Positions 1 through 12,802 of a stretch of 64,000 nucleotides of DNA are shown here, piece after piece (positions within the stretch are counted from its first letter, which is position 1; every line of letters begins with the position of its first letter). The notes beneath the pieces are model-generated. The model was not told where the DNA came from. It saw only the letters and a list, made by a program, of their open reading frames with translations, and searched no databases. The position numbers and the translations under genes are program-made. The stretch is from Eledone cirrhosa (taxonomy: Eukaryota), in NCBI GenBank assembly GCA_964016885.1, contig OZ024745.1:129890001-129954000 (forward strand). The letters are read 5' to 3'.

Positions 1-390
1 ACAGATACATGCGGACACACACATATATACATGAATGCATCCGCACCCAACTGTGAGTTAAGGGTGCCAACTTCACCGATGTTGCTCAATGAATGACCGG
101 GACAGACCAATTCAGTTGAACCAGACTGAACCAGTATCAGAGTTAAAAATACATTATGAAGAGAGAAGAAACATTTAGATATAATTAGTAATAAAATGTA
201 TCATACCTAAACTGCTCCTAAATTCCTCGACTACGTAGTTTCGTGGCATAAACAAAAACAATATATCATAATATATATATTACTACAGTATACAATCTGT
301 ACTTCAGTGTTCACGATGGTTGGGTCTGATTGCATGTTGATTCGATAGGTATTTCTAGCTGTTCAACTGATTGTATATTATATCGTATTT

Positions 391-568
391 GGCGATGAAT
401 TGGCAGTATCGGACGCCATGTTTTTCAGCATAGTTACGTCCCTTTATGATCTGAGTTCAAATCCCGCCGAGGTTAACTTTGCCTTTCATCCTTACGGGGT
501 CGATAAAATAAAGTACCAGTAATACACTGGGATAATTGCTGGCCTTGTGCCAAAAGTAGAAACAATTA
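391..568 (+). mobile_element. tRNA-derived SINE (family S1, Meta-domain-like core)
   Basis: B-box GAGTTCAAATCC, core TTTGCCTTTCATCCTTACGGGGTCGATAAAATAAAGTACCAG and tail GGCCTTGTGCCAAAAGTAGAAACAATTA. About 15 further copies in the window. Confidence 0.9.
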
Positions 569-624
569 TATATCGTAATTCTTGATATTTACCAATAATT
601 TCGTAATTTTTCTAGCTATCGTCC

Positions 625-897
625 CGTTTACACTTCTTCTACTTCTTCTTCGTCTTCTTCACCTTCTTCTTCATCTCCCCCAAGCTCCTCCCCTCCTCTC
701 CTTATTCTTCCTCCTTCTTCTCCTCCACCTCCTCCTCCTCCTCCTTCTCACCCTCACCATCCACTTTTGTTTCATCTTCTTCACCTTCCTCCTCCACTTC
801 TTTTTTCCTCTTTCTCCTACTCTTCTTTTTTCTTCCTCCTCCTCCCCCTCTTCTTTTTCTCCTTCATCCTTTTCTTCCTTGTCTTATTGTTCTTCTT
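625..897. repeat. (CTT/CTC)-rich low-complexity tract
   Basis: Degenerate cttctt/ctcctc trinucleotide run. Confidence 0.85.
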
Positions 898-1633
898 GAG
901 AGGGTCGTGGGGCCAATGTCCTCACACAGTCTCTCCAGCGGGTCCAGTCAGAAACAACGTATTTACACTTAGTCGTTTCCCTTGTTCTATTTACTGCTAG
1001 TATATTACTAAACGCTTCTGTTGATATAGTTTTTTATATATCCCTGCTTTTGCTACCTATGTCACTGATTATTACTGGTATTGACGTCTAGCAAGATGTA
1101 GGTATTGTAGCCCTCATGACGGGCCTACACTGAACATTCTGCTATTGTAATTGTTGCAGCTCTTCTTGCCATTGGTTTCACATTTACATTGTTCTTGATA
1201 TTCTTCATCTAGATATATGGAATGTTTTTTAACAATCGTATTTCTTTATATTAAGTTGCTTTTCTTGTTGTTGTTGGTGGTGGAGGTAGTGGTAGTTTTA
1301 GCAGCGGGGTGCTTTGTTCTGCCCAGTTGTAATTTCTAAGCTAAAAACCTAATTTCATGCTAAATTCTTCTCTTGGCGACAGTTTGGAATTGAACTAGAG
1401 ATGGTAAATTAGAAATACTTTATGTTTATTGAGGAGAATTCCCACTACACGTAAGGCAAAGTATAGTTCTTCAAAATAAACACACATTTTGCTCAACTTA
1501 TGTAGAGACACATACATAAACTCTTTCCTTACTCAAATAATGCACATATACAATAATATGATGCAAACAAAATATATAGAACACTCAAGTAATAGAGACA
1601 ACTCAGAAAGCACACATCCTCATGGGATCAGAA

Positions 1634-1638
<5 letters not shown>

Positions 1639-1732
<94 letters not shown>

Positions 1733-1745
1733 TCTCTTTCTCTCT
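1639..1745. repeat. (CT)n microsatellite
   Basis: Direct reading. Confidence 0.95.
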
Positions 1746-2537
1746 TACATTTTCTCGTTACATATGAATAACGATTCGTATTAATTACGTTAATCATAGC
1801 CACTGTTGGTGTATATACCTCATCAAATTGCATCACATCTTTATTAAAAGGAAGCATCATCGTAAACAATGATGCATGATTCTTACTTTTGCTATTCAGA
1901 ATAGAATACTTTCCATGTGTATAATTTGGTGAAATATTTTCTCCAGCAAAGTGTCTTGATCCGATTACATTATATGAAATGTAATTTGCAGCGATCTGAA
2001 TACGAGCCAATCGGGTATGTGACGTACCAATATTTCATAACACCCACACAAAGATTCTATCTTATAGATGTGAATTCGGTTCAAACTCAATGACCTTTAA
2101 TTATTCTGAGTATTAGACATTTATTCAATCATACCACACATACCATAAATTAACCAATTCTTTCATCAACGAATGTCTCCCTTTCATGAATCCGTGTATA
2201 AGAAGGATTGCAACATGACACGGCATGAAATCATCAAATATTTTATTGATGTGTCAAAGACAAGTCCAACGAATCATTATCTTAAGCGACATTTCATTCA
2301 TGTCTCTCTGACATAATGTAGACAAGCAATATCAAAGAATATTTGTCATATACAATCTAATAGATGTAGTAACATTGTTTTGCTTTGATTCTGCGATAAA
2401 CACACATGAACACACTCACGTACACTCATATACACACACGTACACACAGAGAGACAGACGCAAATAATCACAAACACACACACTAACTCACACATTAATA
2501 CACACACACACACTAACTCACACATTAATACACACAT

Positions 2538-2574
<37 letters not shown>

Positions 2575-2661
2575 CATAGTAATAATAATAAATTTGAAGA
2601 CTAAAATCCAAAGATGGCTCGATAAGGATAAATATATATAAAATATATAAGAACCGTAGGG

Positions 2662-2950
2662 CAAATATTTATTAAAATAACAGATTAAAGTTTAAGCAAA
2701 GAATCGCTGCTTTCACCCTTAACGGGATCTTCTGAAACTAACAAAGTCAATCTGTGAACGCAAAGTGAATATTTCAAAAAACGTTGCAACCGGACGAAGA
2801 CAGGAAGACGATACTTTGGTTCGTGGAAACGTTCCCTGGCAAAGAACGGGAAAAACCGAATATAATACGTCATTATTTGGAGCGGTGAAAAACAATTACA
2901 CACAAAGCGATTCTTTGCTTAAACTTTAATCTGTTATTTTAATAAATATA
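2662..2950. mobile_element. Fold-back mini-element in (TA)n, probable PLE 3'-end derivative
   Basis: Termini ATATTTATTAAAATAACAGATTAAAGTTTAAGCAAAGAATCGCT / AGCGATTCTTTGCTTAAACTTTAATCTGTTATTTTAATAAATAT are inverted. The left arm recurs at ~62284-62340. Confidence 0.6.
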
Positions 2951-3351
2951 TAAATATATATATATATATATATATCTAACTTATGTTTACCGAATTCGCA
3001 GACCAGACCCCTTCTTCCTCCCGTTAGACCTGTGCTAAATTTCTTCCTTGCTCACATTTCAACCAGGTTTGATGGTCTTTATTCTCTCGTTCAAGATTTC
3101 ACCGAACTTAAATTCATAGAAATCTGGGACTTGTCTCCTTCTTCCTCACTTTCTGTTACCTCACCATTTTGTTTGTTTACCCTCGCGTCCCCTTTATTTA
3201 CGTGTCCCAACGACTTTTTTAGCCGTTGCTCGCACCAACCTGAGGTATATGGTCTTTAAAGCGATGAAATGCCTATGATAGTTGGAAGATCACTGATGAA
3301 GGACAAACTTTTTTCATATGTAACCATTTGCAACTCCGCAGCGCCCTTATT

Positions 3352-3411
<60 letters not shown>

Positions 3412-3675
3412 TATCTATATATATATATCCAGGGAGTTTATTAACGCGAAGTTACTGTAGCTTCACCCAGGTGACCACTCGATCTTTAGGTTCACGTCAG
3501 TAGCGAGGTGTAGAGCTAAACAGAGTGTAATATAATAATAATAGAAGGACGTTTTATTAAGCCTTCATTACGTGTATTGATTGGTGACACGCGTTTCGCT
3601 ATTGATAAGCTCAAGGTTCGATCTGTATCGATCTGGACCGTCTCTGGAATCAAAAGCTCGGACCGAAGAGCTTTG

Positions 3676-3732
<57 letters not shown>

Positions 3733-4794
3733 CTGTCAAAAAGCAAGTCATGGTAACATTTATAGAAGCATATTCAATTCAAATTTTCAAAAGACAAGGA
3801 ACAAGTTCTAGAAATAGTAACGGACGAGTTTCTATATTGGTTAGTCTCCCCAGTGATAGATATACATGTAGTCGACTAAACTAAGTGAGTCCGAAAACCA
3901 TAGCAAATTTGCGAATTAATTCACACTTATCTCATATGATATCATTGAATAAAGAATATTGCAGGAGGGGCTTCTTCGTATTATATATATATATATATAT
4001 ACTATAAGGATAAGGAACAATAACATATTACAAATGTTTCACTATCGATCAGCTCGAGGCAAGACCATTATCGATCAAACCTGACTCTGTAATCGAAAGA
4101 TCGTCAGATATGTTTGCTATATGATCTCGTCTCAGATTCTCTATATATATTATCTATATATGTAAATATACGTATGTGCATTGTGTGTGTTTATATATAC
4201 ATATATTTATATATACATATGATTATATATACATATATACCTACATATTTACATAGACACATTTGTTCATTCTAAAATTAATATTATATTAAGCAGAATT
4301 AGATTTCATAAAAGCTGCAAAGGACGAATAAGATTAAGTCTACTTTGTGTATTCAAATGTTGGAATTTTTGTTTTAAATTAATTGAGATTATTTTTATGC
4401 ATTTTCTCTACTTTTTAAATCAATGACCAGGTATTGTGTTTTATGTTTTTCCTGAGCTACCGAGAAAGTAATTCAAAGGAACCTCTACAATCCACTATTA
4501 AGAAGATGTTGATGCAAGAGAAACCATCACATCTGTTGATCTTATATTAAGACAAAATACAGACACAATCTTATATTTTAATGAGTTGCCCATACGTATC
4601 CTATTATATATCCATAGAATGGAAATAATTGGGGGTGGATGAACAAAATTATGAACAATATATATAGCCAGGTGTTTATAAGTTTATTCAACGCGGTTGA
4701 AAGTAAAGAAAATTGTCAACAAAAATAAAATATGTGCATGCCTATCTATCTCTATGTCTATGCGACTCTCTCTCCCTCCCTCTCTCTATCTCCA

Positions 4795-5017
4795 CCACAC
4801 ACACACATACTTACACACACATACTAACACACACACACACAGACACACACACTCACACACATACTCACACACTCACAAACACAAACACACTCACACACAT
4901 ACTCACACACACACACTCACACACACACACATACACACACACACTCACACACACACACACTCACACACATACTCACACACTCACAAACACAAACACACTC
5001 ACACAAACACACACTCA

Positions 5018-5088
<71 letters not shown>
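4795..5088. repeat. (CA)n compound microsatellite
   Basis: Direct reading. Confidence 0.95.
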
Positions 5089-5089
<1 letters not shown>

Positions 5090-5157
5090 ATGTTTCTACT
5101 TTTGGCACAAGGCCAGCAATTAATCCAGGGTATTTTATTGGGACTTTATTTTATCGA
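5089..5157 (-). mobile_element. SINE S1 3' fragment
   Basis: TGTTTCTACTTTTGGCACAAGGCCAGCAAT is the reverse complement of the S1 tail. Confidence 0.8.
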
Positions 5158-5333
5158 TATATAATGAATAAGAAACATCAAAGAGTTAATATGGTATCAA
5201 ACTTACACGTTTCAACCCATAAAGATTATATATATTTATAAATATTTATAAATATATATATATATATTTATTTTACCACGTCGAGTGTATAACACCACCG
5301 CCCTCTTGGCTATCGTGTCTTTAGTTTAACATG

Positions 5334-5374
<41 letters not shown>

Positions 5375-5522
5375 TTAACAAATAGTTTATCTCTTTATAT
5401 GGATGAATACAATAAATGTAATCTGAGTTTTTCGATTATTAATAATAATATTCGATTTGTTTGCAAACGAATCGAATGTTATTATTAATATTCGAAAAAC
5501 TCAGATTACATTTATATATATA

Positions 5523-5978
5523 TATACTTGGGGAGGGTCATATTTGTGTAATAATATTGCCAGAATTAATAACAGAAAACACTCACTGTTTGGTTGGTTT
5601 TCGCTTCTGTGTCTTTTATATCGGTTAATTTAATTTATTCGGTCCTCAATGTTACCATTGACTGAACAAAGGTCAAAAATACAGATACAATATAGACACA
5701 AACATATATTTATAGTCTAACAAAGTTCTTTCGTTGCACATCTGCAACATCGTCAGTGGTGCTATTATGTTTCCTCCTGTTGTATTGTATGCCTACGCCA
5801 TCTTTATTTAGTCTGATTATTTATATATTTATTTATTTTTGCCTTCTTCTCTGCGCATGCGTTTACGTGTGTGTATTGTGTTTGGGTGACGGTGTATTGG
5901 TTATTGTATTCTATCTTAGTTTACTATTGTGTGTTTATATGTGTTTGTTGTTATTATGCTTGTGTATGTATTTATTTT

Positions 5979-6033
<55 letters not shown>

Positions 6034-6186
6034 TACTTCACTTAGGTCAGTATTGTTTGTTTGGGTGTTGTTGTTATTCCATTCATGTTTTCTGTTTAGC
6101 AATATTATTACACAAATATGATCCTCACCAAGTATAACAATATTTGTTTCGACATACGATTTCATATAAAAAAACCTCGCAAAATT
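5523..6186 (-). mobile_element. Truncated Penelope-like element (family A): pLTR on minus strand plus short inverted arm (6099-6186)
   Basis: Near-identical to 27381-27920. After 6099 the sequence reverses into the complement of the 5523 end plus a ~45-nt tail identical to 29580-29628. Flanked by (TA)n. Confidence 0.85.
5712..5765 (-). ncRNA. Minimal type-I hammerhead ribozyme motif (family A)
   Basis: Minus strand: AUAGCACCA CUGACGA U GUUGCA-gaug-UGCAAC GAAA GAACUU UGUUAGACUAU. Perfect 6-bp stem II and an extra nt after A9. Stem I imperfect. Confidence 0.65.
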
Positions 6187-6216
6187 ATATATACATATAT
6201 ATATAAATGTTATATA

Positions 6217-6255
<39 letters not shown>

Positions 6256-6256
6256 G

Positions 6257-6290
<34 letters not shown>

Positions 6291-6620
6291 GTTATATATA
6301 TATATTTATTGGAGGCGGAAGTCTTTTTTTGTCAATTTAGTTGTCGTGATTAATTTAACTCTTTGCTAAAATTTCGATATACGATCAACATACGATGTAT
6401 ATATATTATAATGCATGACCAAATAAATGTGGGTTTTGCTAGTTTGGGGAGAAAATCATAATCTTTGGGGAGGGTGGGGTTCCCCTAGTTCCATCACCCC
6501 GTTATAAATATATATAATTTTTTTAAATGATGCTCTGTATTCTATCCTAAGGTGTTAATATATCGAGCTTCATCGGATATTTCTGGCACTCTACAGTTTG
6601 TAGGACTGGAGTATAAATAA

Positions 6621-6778
6621 TATATAAGATCAAAAGATGGTTAAAAGAGTTCCATGTATTTTATTATGCGCATTTCAAAAACAAATATCATCAATAACAA
6701 ATGTCATCGCATGATGATATTTGTTTTTGAAATGCGCATAATAAAATACATGGAACTCTTTTAACCATCTTTTGATCT

Positions 6779-6784
<6 letters not shown>
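6621..6784. mobile_element. Fold-back mini-element (~70-bp perfect arms) from PLE family F 3' end
   Basis: Arms 6621-6693 and 6712-6784 are exact reverse complements and match the 3' end of the GIY-YIG element at 37222-37293. Contains the HHR 3' half GAAA UGCGCA UA. Confidence 0.85.
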
Positions 6785-6876
<92 letters not shown>

Positions 6877-7020
6877 ATATATTATATATATATATATATA
6901 TATATTTTATATATATATATATAAATATATATTTTATATATATATATATATATATAAATATATTTTATATATATATATAATATATAAGATCAAAAGATGG
7001 TTAAAATATATATATATATA

Positions 7021-7135
7021 TATAGGAACGAGTAGGACCCCGGTCCTACTCGTTCCTATTACCCACTCTACTACCCTAAGTATTGAGTAATTTGGTGTGT
7101 TATGGTCCACCTGGTTCCTTACCACATTTCCTTCG

Positions 7136-7137
<2 letters not shown>
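7021..7137 (+). mobile_element. PLE-like tail fragment (family B) with small 5' hairpin
   Basis: TATAGGAACGAGTAGGACC/GGTCCTACTCGTTCCTAT hairpin, then CCCACTCTACTACCCTAAGTATTGAGTA...GGTCCACCTGGTTCCTTACCAC, shared with 22221, 24629, 27257 and 48194. Confidence 0.75.
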
Positions 7138-7175
<38 letters not shown>

Positions 7176-7237
7176 TCATTTATTATGGGTATTGTTTAGC
7201 CTTGTTACTCAAAAGCTTCACCTGGGCACTCACAAGT

Positions 7238-7286
7238 CTTGGCTGATGATCCTGTGAGGACGCCGGTGAAACTCCAGAGTAACAAG
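7238..7286 (+). ncRNA. Type-I hammerhead motif (family C) inside fold-back element 7174-7375
   Basis: CUUGG CUGAUGA ...GAAA CUC-CA-GAG UA ACAAG. An inverted arm of the same sequence lies at 7174-7236. Confidence 0.7.
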
Positions 7287-7409
7287 GCTCACCACTTAGC
7301 CATAACAAATGAATATTTAAACTCTAGATTCCATATTGAGTTTTCATTCTTACGTCCATCAATAATTCACATAAACTCAGGTCTTGAATAACCCCCCCCC
7401 CCCCATCCA

Positions 7410-8420
7410 TCTCCATCGTTCATTAATTTTTTAGATATCATCTGATTACCCCATCCCTATTTCAATAAACCTCAATTACCCCTCTCTATATATCTATTAT
7501 ACAACAAAGCAACCCAACCCCCTCTCTATCTCAATTACCACCAAACTCTCCCCCTCTCTATATCGACCATACGACTTTCTCTCACAGTCAACTCACCAGT
7601 CAACACTTCTCGTCTATATCTAATATACAAAACTCTCTCCCAATCTTCCTCACTCAATCTATTACCAGCAAACTCTCCCTCTCTCTATATTTATATTTAT
7701 CTCTCGCAAACCCCCTCTCTATATCTATATATCCCATTCCCCCCTCTATATATACATCCCTACTTCACTCTTCCTCTTTCTATATCTATCATTACCTATC
7801 TCTATTAATCCTCTTACTCAATCTATTACCAACAAACTCCCCTCCTCTCTACATCAACCATACAACACTTTCTGCCAATCTCCCTCTCTATATCAATTAA
7901 TACTAAACTCTCCCCCTCGCTATATCTACTACACGGAACTCTCTTCCAATCCCCCTGTCTATATCCCTTAGCACTATTCTATCCCACTCTTTGTATCTAC
8001 CATAGAACAATCTCTCCCAAAACCTCTCTCTATATCCATTACCACCAAATTCTCTCCACGACACACTCTCTTTCATCCCTCTCTCTATATCTATCTACAT
8101 TTCTCTCTCCCAATCCCCCTCTCTGTACCAATACCCACCAAATTCTCCCACTCTCTAAATCCATCACCAGTAAACTCCCCCCGCATCAATGCCTTATCTC
8201 TATATCTACCATACAACACTCTCTATAGATAATCTTTCATACAAAACACTCTCATTATCCCCCTCTCTATATCCATTACTAACAAAATCTCCCCTTCTCT
8301 GTATTTACCCCACAGCACACTCTCTTGATATACATTAACACCAATCTCTCCCCTCTCTATGTCTATCACACAAAACTCTCTCAAAATCCCGTTTCTATAT
8401 CAATTTTCCCACCACTACCC
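7410..8420. repeat. Degenerate C/T-rich minisatellite-like array
   Basis: Recurrent CCCCTCTCTATATC...TACCA(A/C)CAAA...CTCTCCC motifs over ~1 kb with almost no G on the plus strand. Confidence 0.65.
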
Positions 8421-8707
8421 GTTTTTATACCCCTCCCCCTCCCCTTATTAAATTTTGCTAATCTATCTCCGGTGAAATTTTATTGCAAGTGATTCATATC
8501 GATACGACAACTGGAGAAGCTAATGGTAATTTTATTTTACATTAAAAAAAACATTATATATAACAAAAAAAGAACATTACAAGAAATCCCAAATTTACGA
8601 ACGTACATTATACCATTGCCCTCCCCCCCTTTCGCTTATAAGAATTTAAGCAAATGTCCACCCCGTCCCCACTTGCTGCAACCCTCCCTATTATTTGGGA
8701 GCTGTTA

Positions 8708-8760
<53 letters not shown>

Positions 8761-9461
8761 CACCAATTGGTGAGTTGGTATATTATTTGAGACAACTGTT
8801 TGATTCAATTTATGATTCTACGCGAAATAGATATTCTGTAAGAAATGTGTTTTTTGCATGATATGTTTATATTAGGAATGCGAGATCAAAGGTTCAGTTT
8901 GACATATTTTATGTGAAATCACGCATAACATGTGTTAGGTGAATGACCAGCTCATAACATTGATCGGTTACAATCAGCTTCAACTCTAGAATCAGACTCC
9001 GTTGAGATAAAAATTGTAATGGATTTATCTTGTTTGTAGAAAACATCTAGCCAAACTATATATCCGATATTGAAAACGCACGGATGTGATGTTATAAATT
9101 TGGCTGGATATTTTGTGTAAGGTTGCACACATACTTTGATGAGGCTATCCAAGTGTACTGTAGAATTGGAGTTCTTAAGGCACAGAAAAAATATTACAGT
9201 AAAATATAGTATCATCTAACGGTTGAATTTACTGCGTTTAAATAATGTGCTGGTTGGTCCTATGTGTACGTAATCACTGTTAGTTGTAGTGACACTGAAT
9301 GTATGAACGGTGTTTGAAGTTAGGCAGTTGGTGAGCATCCTAGGGGGATTCTATAGTTCTAGAGTTGTGGTGTCACCTGGGTAATCGGTTATTTTACTAT
9401 CGTTATCTCTCGTGGTCACGCTTTATATTTCTATTTATATATGTGAATTCATGTGTGTAAA

Positions 9462-9522
<61 letters not shown>

Positions 9523-9814
9523 GAGTGAAGGAAAATATCATTTTAAGCATACATACAGATGTTGTGCTGGTATAAGATTACCTCTCTAAATAAACACCCA
9601 TTCACGTTACATCAAGATGTTAGCCTAGAATTTATATTTTCAATCCCATCACAATATCAACGCTATGTACGATATAACAATGGCATTAGAATTTTTATTG
9701 GTAGTATATAAACAGAGTAGATTTAAGAATTGACCTACCATGCTTCTAAGATCTGGCTTTCACTGACCATTCGGAAATATCAGCTATAAGTACATCAATA
9801 TACACTTTTGACAG

Positions 9815-10112
9815 GTGCAATGTGTCCAAACACGGAAGAGCCTAACTCCCATCTCTCTCATCCTCCACATCTCAGTGTATAGTGAGAAAATAGGGTCCCA
9901 CGTGTTGGCCGCCCCACAGCCCCGGCGGACAGCATGGAGAAAGCGTTTCCCTGGAGCATGGTAAAGGAGATACGCTGGAAGAGCAATTCCATCTCGCGAA
10001 ACTCACACATGCGGCTGGCCAGCTCAGCGCCTATGGTGGTGAGTAGGGAAGTAGCCCTAGAGCCAAGTACACCAGAAGACCACAAAGCTGTCGGAGAGCG
10101 ACCGGTTTCCAA
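9815..10112 (-). mobile_element. 3' end of RLE-type (CRE-like) non-LTR retrotransposon
   Basis: Minus ORF ...SSGVLGSRATSLLTTIGAELASRMCEFREMELLFQRISFTMLQGNAFSML resembles the CRE C-terminus (ET.G.WG..A...IG..LA....RE..FL.QRIS...QRGNA). The 3' UTR is repeated at 22472-22605. Confidence 0.75.
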
Positions 10113-10684
10113 GTAAGATCACATAGCTTTCGTCCAATATTTTGATTCCCCATGTTAAGAATCCATACAAAAATAAAGTTAATCTTTTCAAAACCTGTCA
10201 TTCTATATCGATCATACACTCAGGCGTAACATTTTAATATGAAAAATTAGTCAATATTTTTTTTAACTTCCTGATTTGACACGCATACACAAACTAACAT
10301 GAACGCAGACACACATACACACAAAAAAAAATAATAATAATCCCACATGCACACACAAATTTCATATTCGCAAACAATATAAAACAAATGTTGCAGATAC
10401 CGTATATGAAAGATAAAAGGAAATGCACGTGCGTTAATTCTACATTTTAATTTCAGTTTCGGAATAAATTTACGCGTTATGCATTCTTTTTTATATATGA
10501 ATGTTTGTATAAAATATTATCTTATTTCACTATAAACTGATAGACAATGTAGAGAGACGGCATAAAGCAGTATTTAAATCGTGTTTAGATGAGGAAATGA
10601 CGTTAACTGTGAATTATAAAAAATATATATGTGTATACAGGCACTTATATATATATATATGTGTGTGTATGTGTGTGTAATAAA

Positions 10685-10757
10685 TAGTCGGAACCCGACG
10701 GCTGAGCTCTTGAGGTTTCAACAGCGAGTTTGCCGATGGGTTTACATCCAGTATTTT
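10685..10757 (-). mobile_element. Family B fragment (HHR stem III region)
   Basis: CCCGACGGCTGAGCTC...GTTTCAACAGC. Confidence 0.6.
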
Positions 10758-10766
10758 ATATATATA

Positions 10767-10874
<108 letters not shown>

Positions 10875-11110
10875 CTGAAGTCTTTTTTAAGAATATTTAT
10901 CTATTTCCTTCACCGGTGTCACAGTTCTTATGCTTTTTAAAAGTAAAAATGAGATGGAGAGTTTCTGGTTTGTCTCGCTGAGGTTGGGGCTTGTGGTTTA
11001 TCTAACAGATGCGAGACAAACTACAAGCCCTCCATTTCATTTTTACTTTTGAAAAGCATAAGAACTGTGAAACCGCTAAAAGGACTTCAGTTGCATTTTC
11101 GATTTCTTTT

Positions 11111-11113
<3 letters not shown>
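10875..11113. mobile_element. Fold-back mini-element with degenerate HHR
   Basis: Arms ~10918-10978 and 11010-11070 are inverted. Plus arm reads CUU UUGAAAA GCA-uaagaac-UGU GAAA CCG(G/C) UA AAAG. Flanked by (TA)n. Confidence 0.65.
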
Positions 11114-11173
<60 letters not shown>

Positions 11174-11752
11174 ATTTTTTTAAATGGCTAGAATTATATT
11201 CTTATATTAGAAGGTACGCTGCAAACAGAAATACACGGAACACAATTTTGTTATATGATTCGAAAACAGAATATATAAATGTTTACCTTTCCATGTTTTG
11301 AATTACGTTGGCAGTTCATGAGGAATCAGTGATCAATCTACATAAGAGAAATTAGAGCTATATATTATTAGTGTTAAAAGCTGTGAATTTCCAAACGACA
11401 CAATTCCTACAAAACACAGTAACAGCAGCCTAATGAACATAAACATATTTCATTAATACTTCCTGCACAATTCATATACATAGAATACTTTGAATGATAT
11501 ATAAACAGGACGTATAAATACTCCTACACACAGTTGGAGCATATTGATCCGCGCTTGCAATGCAGCGAAGTCTCGCAATAATAATAAAGCTACTGGACAA
11601 TAACAACATTTATAAAAATAATAACAATAATACAAATAATATTATATTAAGAATCAAACCACACATATCACACTCTCATAAAAACAAACAAGAACCTAAT
11701 GTACCATATATAGCACAAGTGTCTGACAGCTTTAGCTATTGAGCTAAGGGTT

Positions 11753-12148
11753 TCTGACAACATCTTACCGTCAGAAATGAGGAGCTAAATCTAACATCTT
11801 TTCAGAAAGTAAATAAACATCGTATATAAGGTTCGAACTTTCGAAACACTGAAGGAGAATATTTATAGATGTAGGATTATCAAGAGCAGACAATGAATGC
11901 CAGAACATTTATTTGCTCTAAAAGAGCTTTAAAAGAATTTGCCAACGGCCGCTACGAGGGATTGAACGTCGTATCTCTCAGAAACCGGCAGAATGCCCTA
12001 GCCATTGAGCACCCTACATCTTCTATACATTTATTCCCTTGGCGTTTCGTAAGTTCAAAATTTTGAAACCCACTCATGATATTTGTTTTTTGTCTCTCAA
12101 AAACTGTTTGCTTCAGCTCTTTAAATTAGACGGTAAGATGTTGTCAGA
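11753..12148. mobile_element. MITE-like palindromic element with internal tRNA-like segment
   Basis: Perfect 20-bp termini TCTGACAACATCTTACCGTC / GACGGTAAGATGTTGTCAGA and imperfect arms of ~130 bp. Minus strand 11950-12012 has A-box-like GCTCAATGGCTAGGGC and B-box-like GTTCAATCCC. Confidence 0.7.
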
Positions 12149-12159
12149 GGTCTAATATA

Positions 12160-12337
12160 TAATTGTTTCTACTTTTGGTACAAAGCCAGCAATTATCTCA
12201 GTGTATTACTGGTACTTTATTTTATCGACCCCGTAAGGATGAAAGGCAAAGTTAACCTCGGCTTGAACTCAGACCATAAAGGGCCGTAACTCTGTGGTGC
12301 AAAGCATGGCGTCCGACCCTCTACCGACATCACCAAA
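12160..12337 (-). mobile_element. SINE S1
   Basis: Reverse complement of S1 core and tail. Confidence 0.9.
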
Positions 12338-12364
12338 TATATAATTATATATATATGTTTGTGT

Positions 12365-12397
<33 letters not shown>

Positions 12398-12802
12398 GTT
12401 CTTCTAGAACTCCGTTAGAATAACAACAAAAGTTCCTGAGACAATATCACCACGGACAGCAGCAGCAGAAGTACTGCCACTACCACCAACAACAACACCA
12501 CCATTGTGGAAGTGATGTCCCTCTCCGCCGTCCTACAGTTGGACATGGATTGTGTCTCACTATATGTAAGATTGGTGTTTCAATAGAAGTCTACTGCATG
12601 TATGATTCCGATTTCGATTTATTAAGTGACATTAGGGCATTTGTTCCGTTGCTAATCAAAACTCCACTGCAGAATATTTCGATCAGTAATACAGTCAATG
12701 TCCGTGCCACTAAATCATGAGTAGTAGAGGTATAAACCTCTCCATCGCTACTAAACGTCTGGTGTGGGGCATTAAGTCATAATCAGTCATGTTTAGCCTC
12801 TT

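Noticed and set aside
3290-3320. CTGATGA hammerhead core
   Set aside because: No downstream GAAA/stem III/NUH arrangement.
9934-10119. Plus-strand exon ending in AA|GTAAG
   Set aside because: The minus strand matches a CRE-like RLE C-terminus far better.
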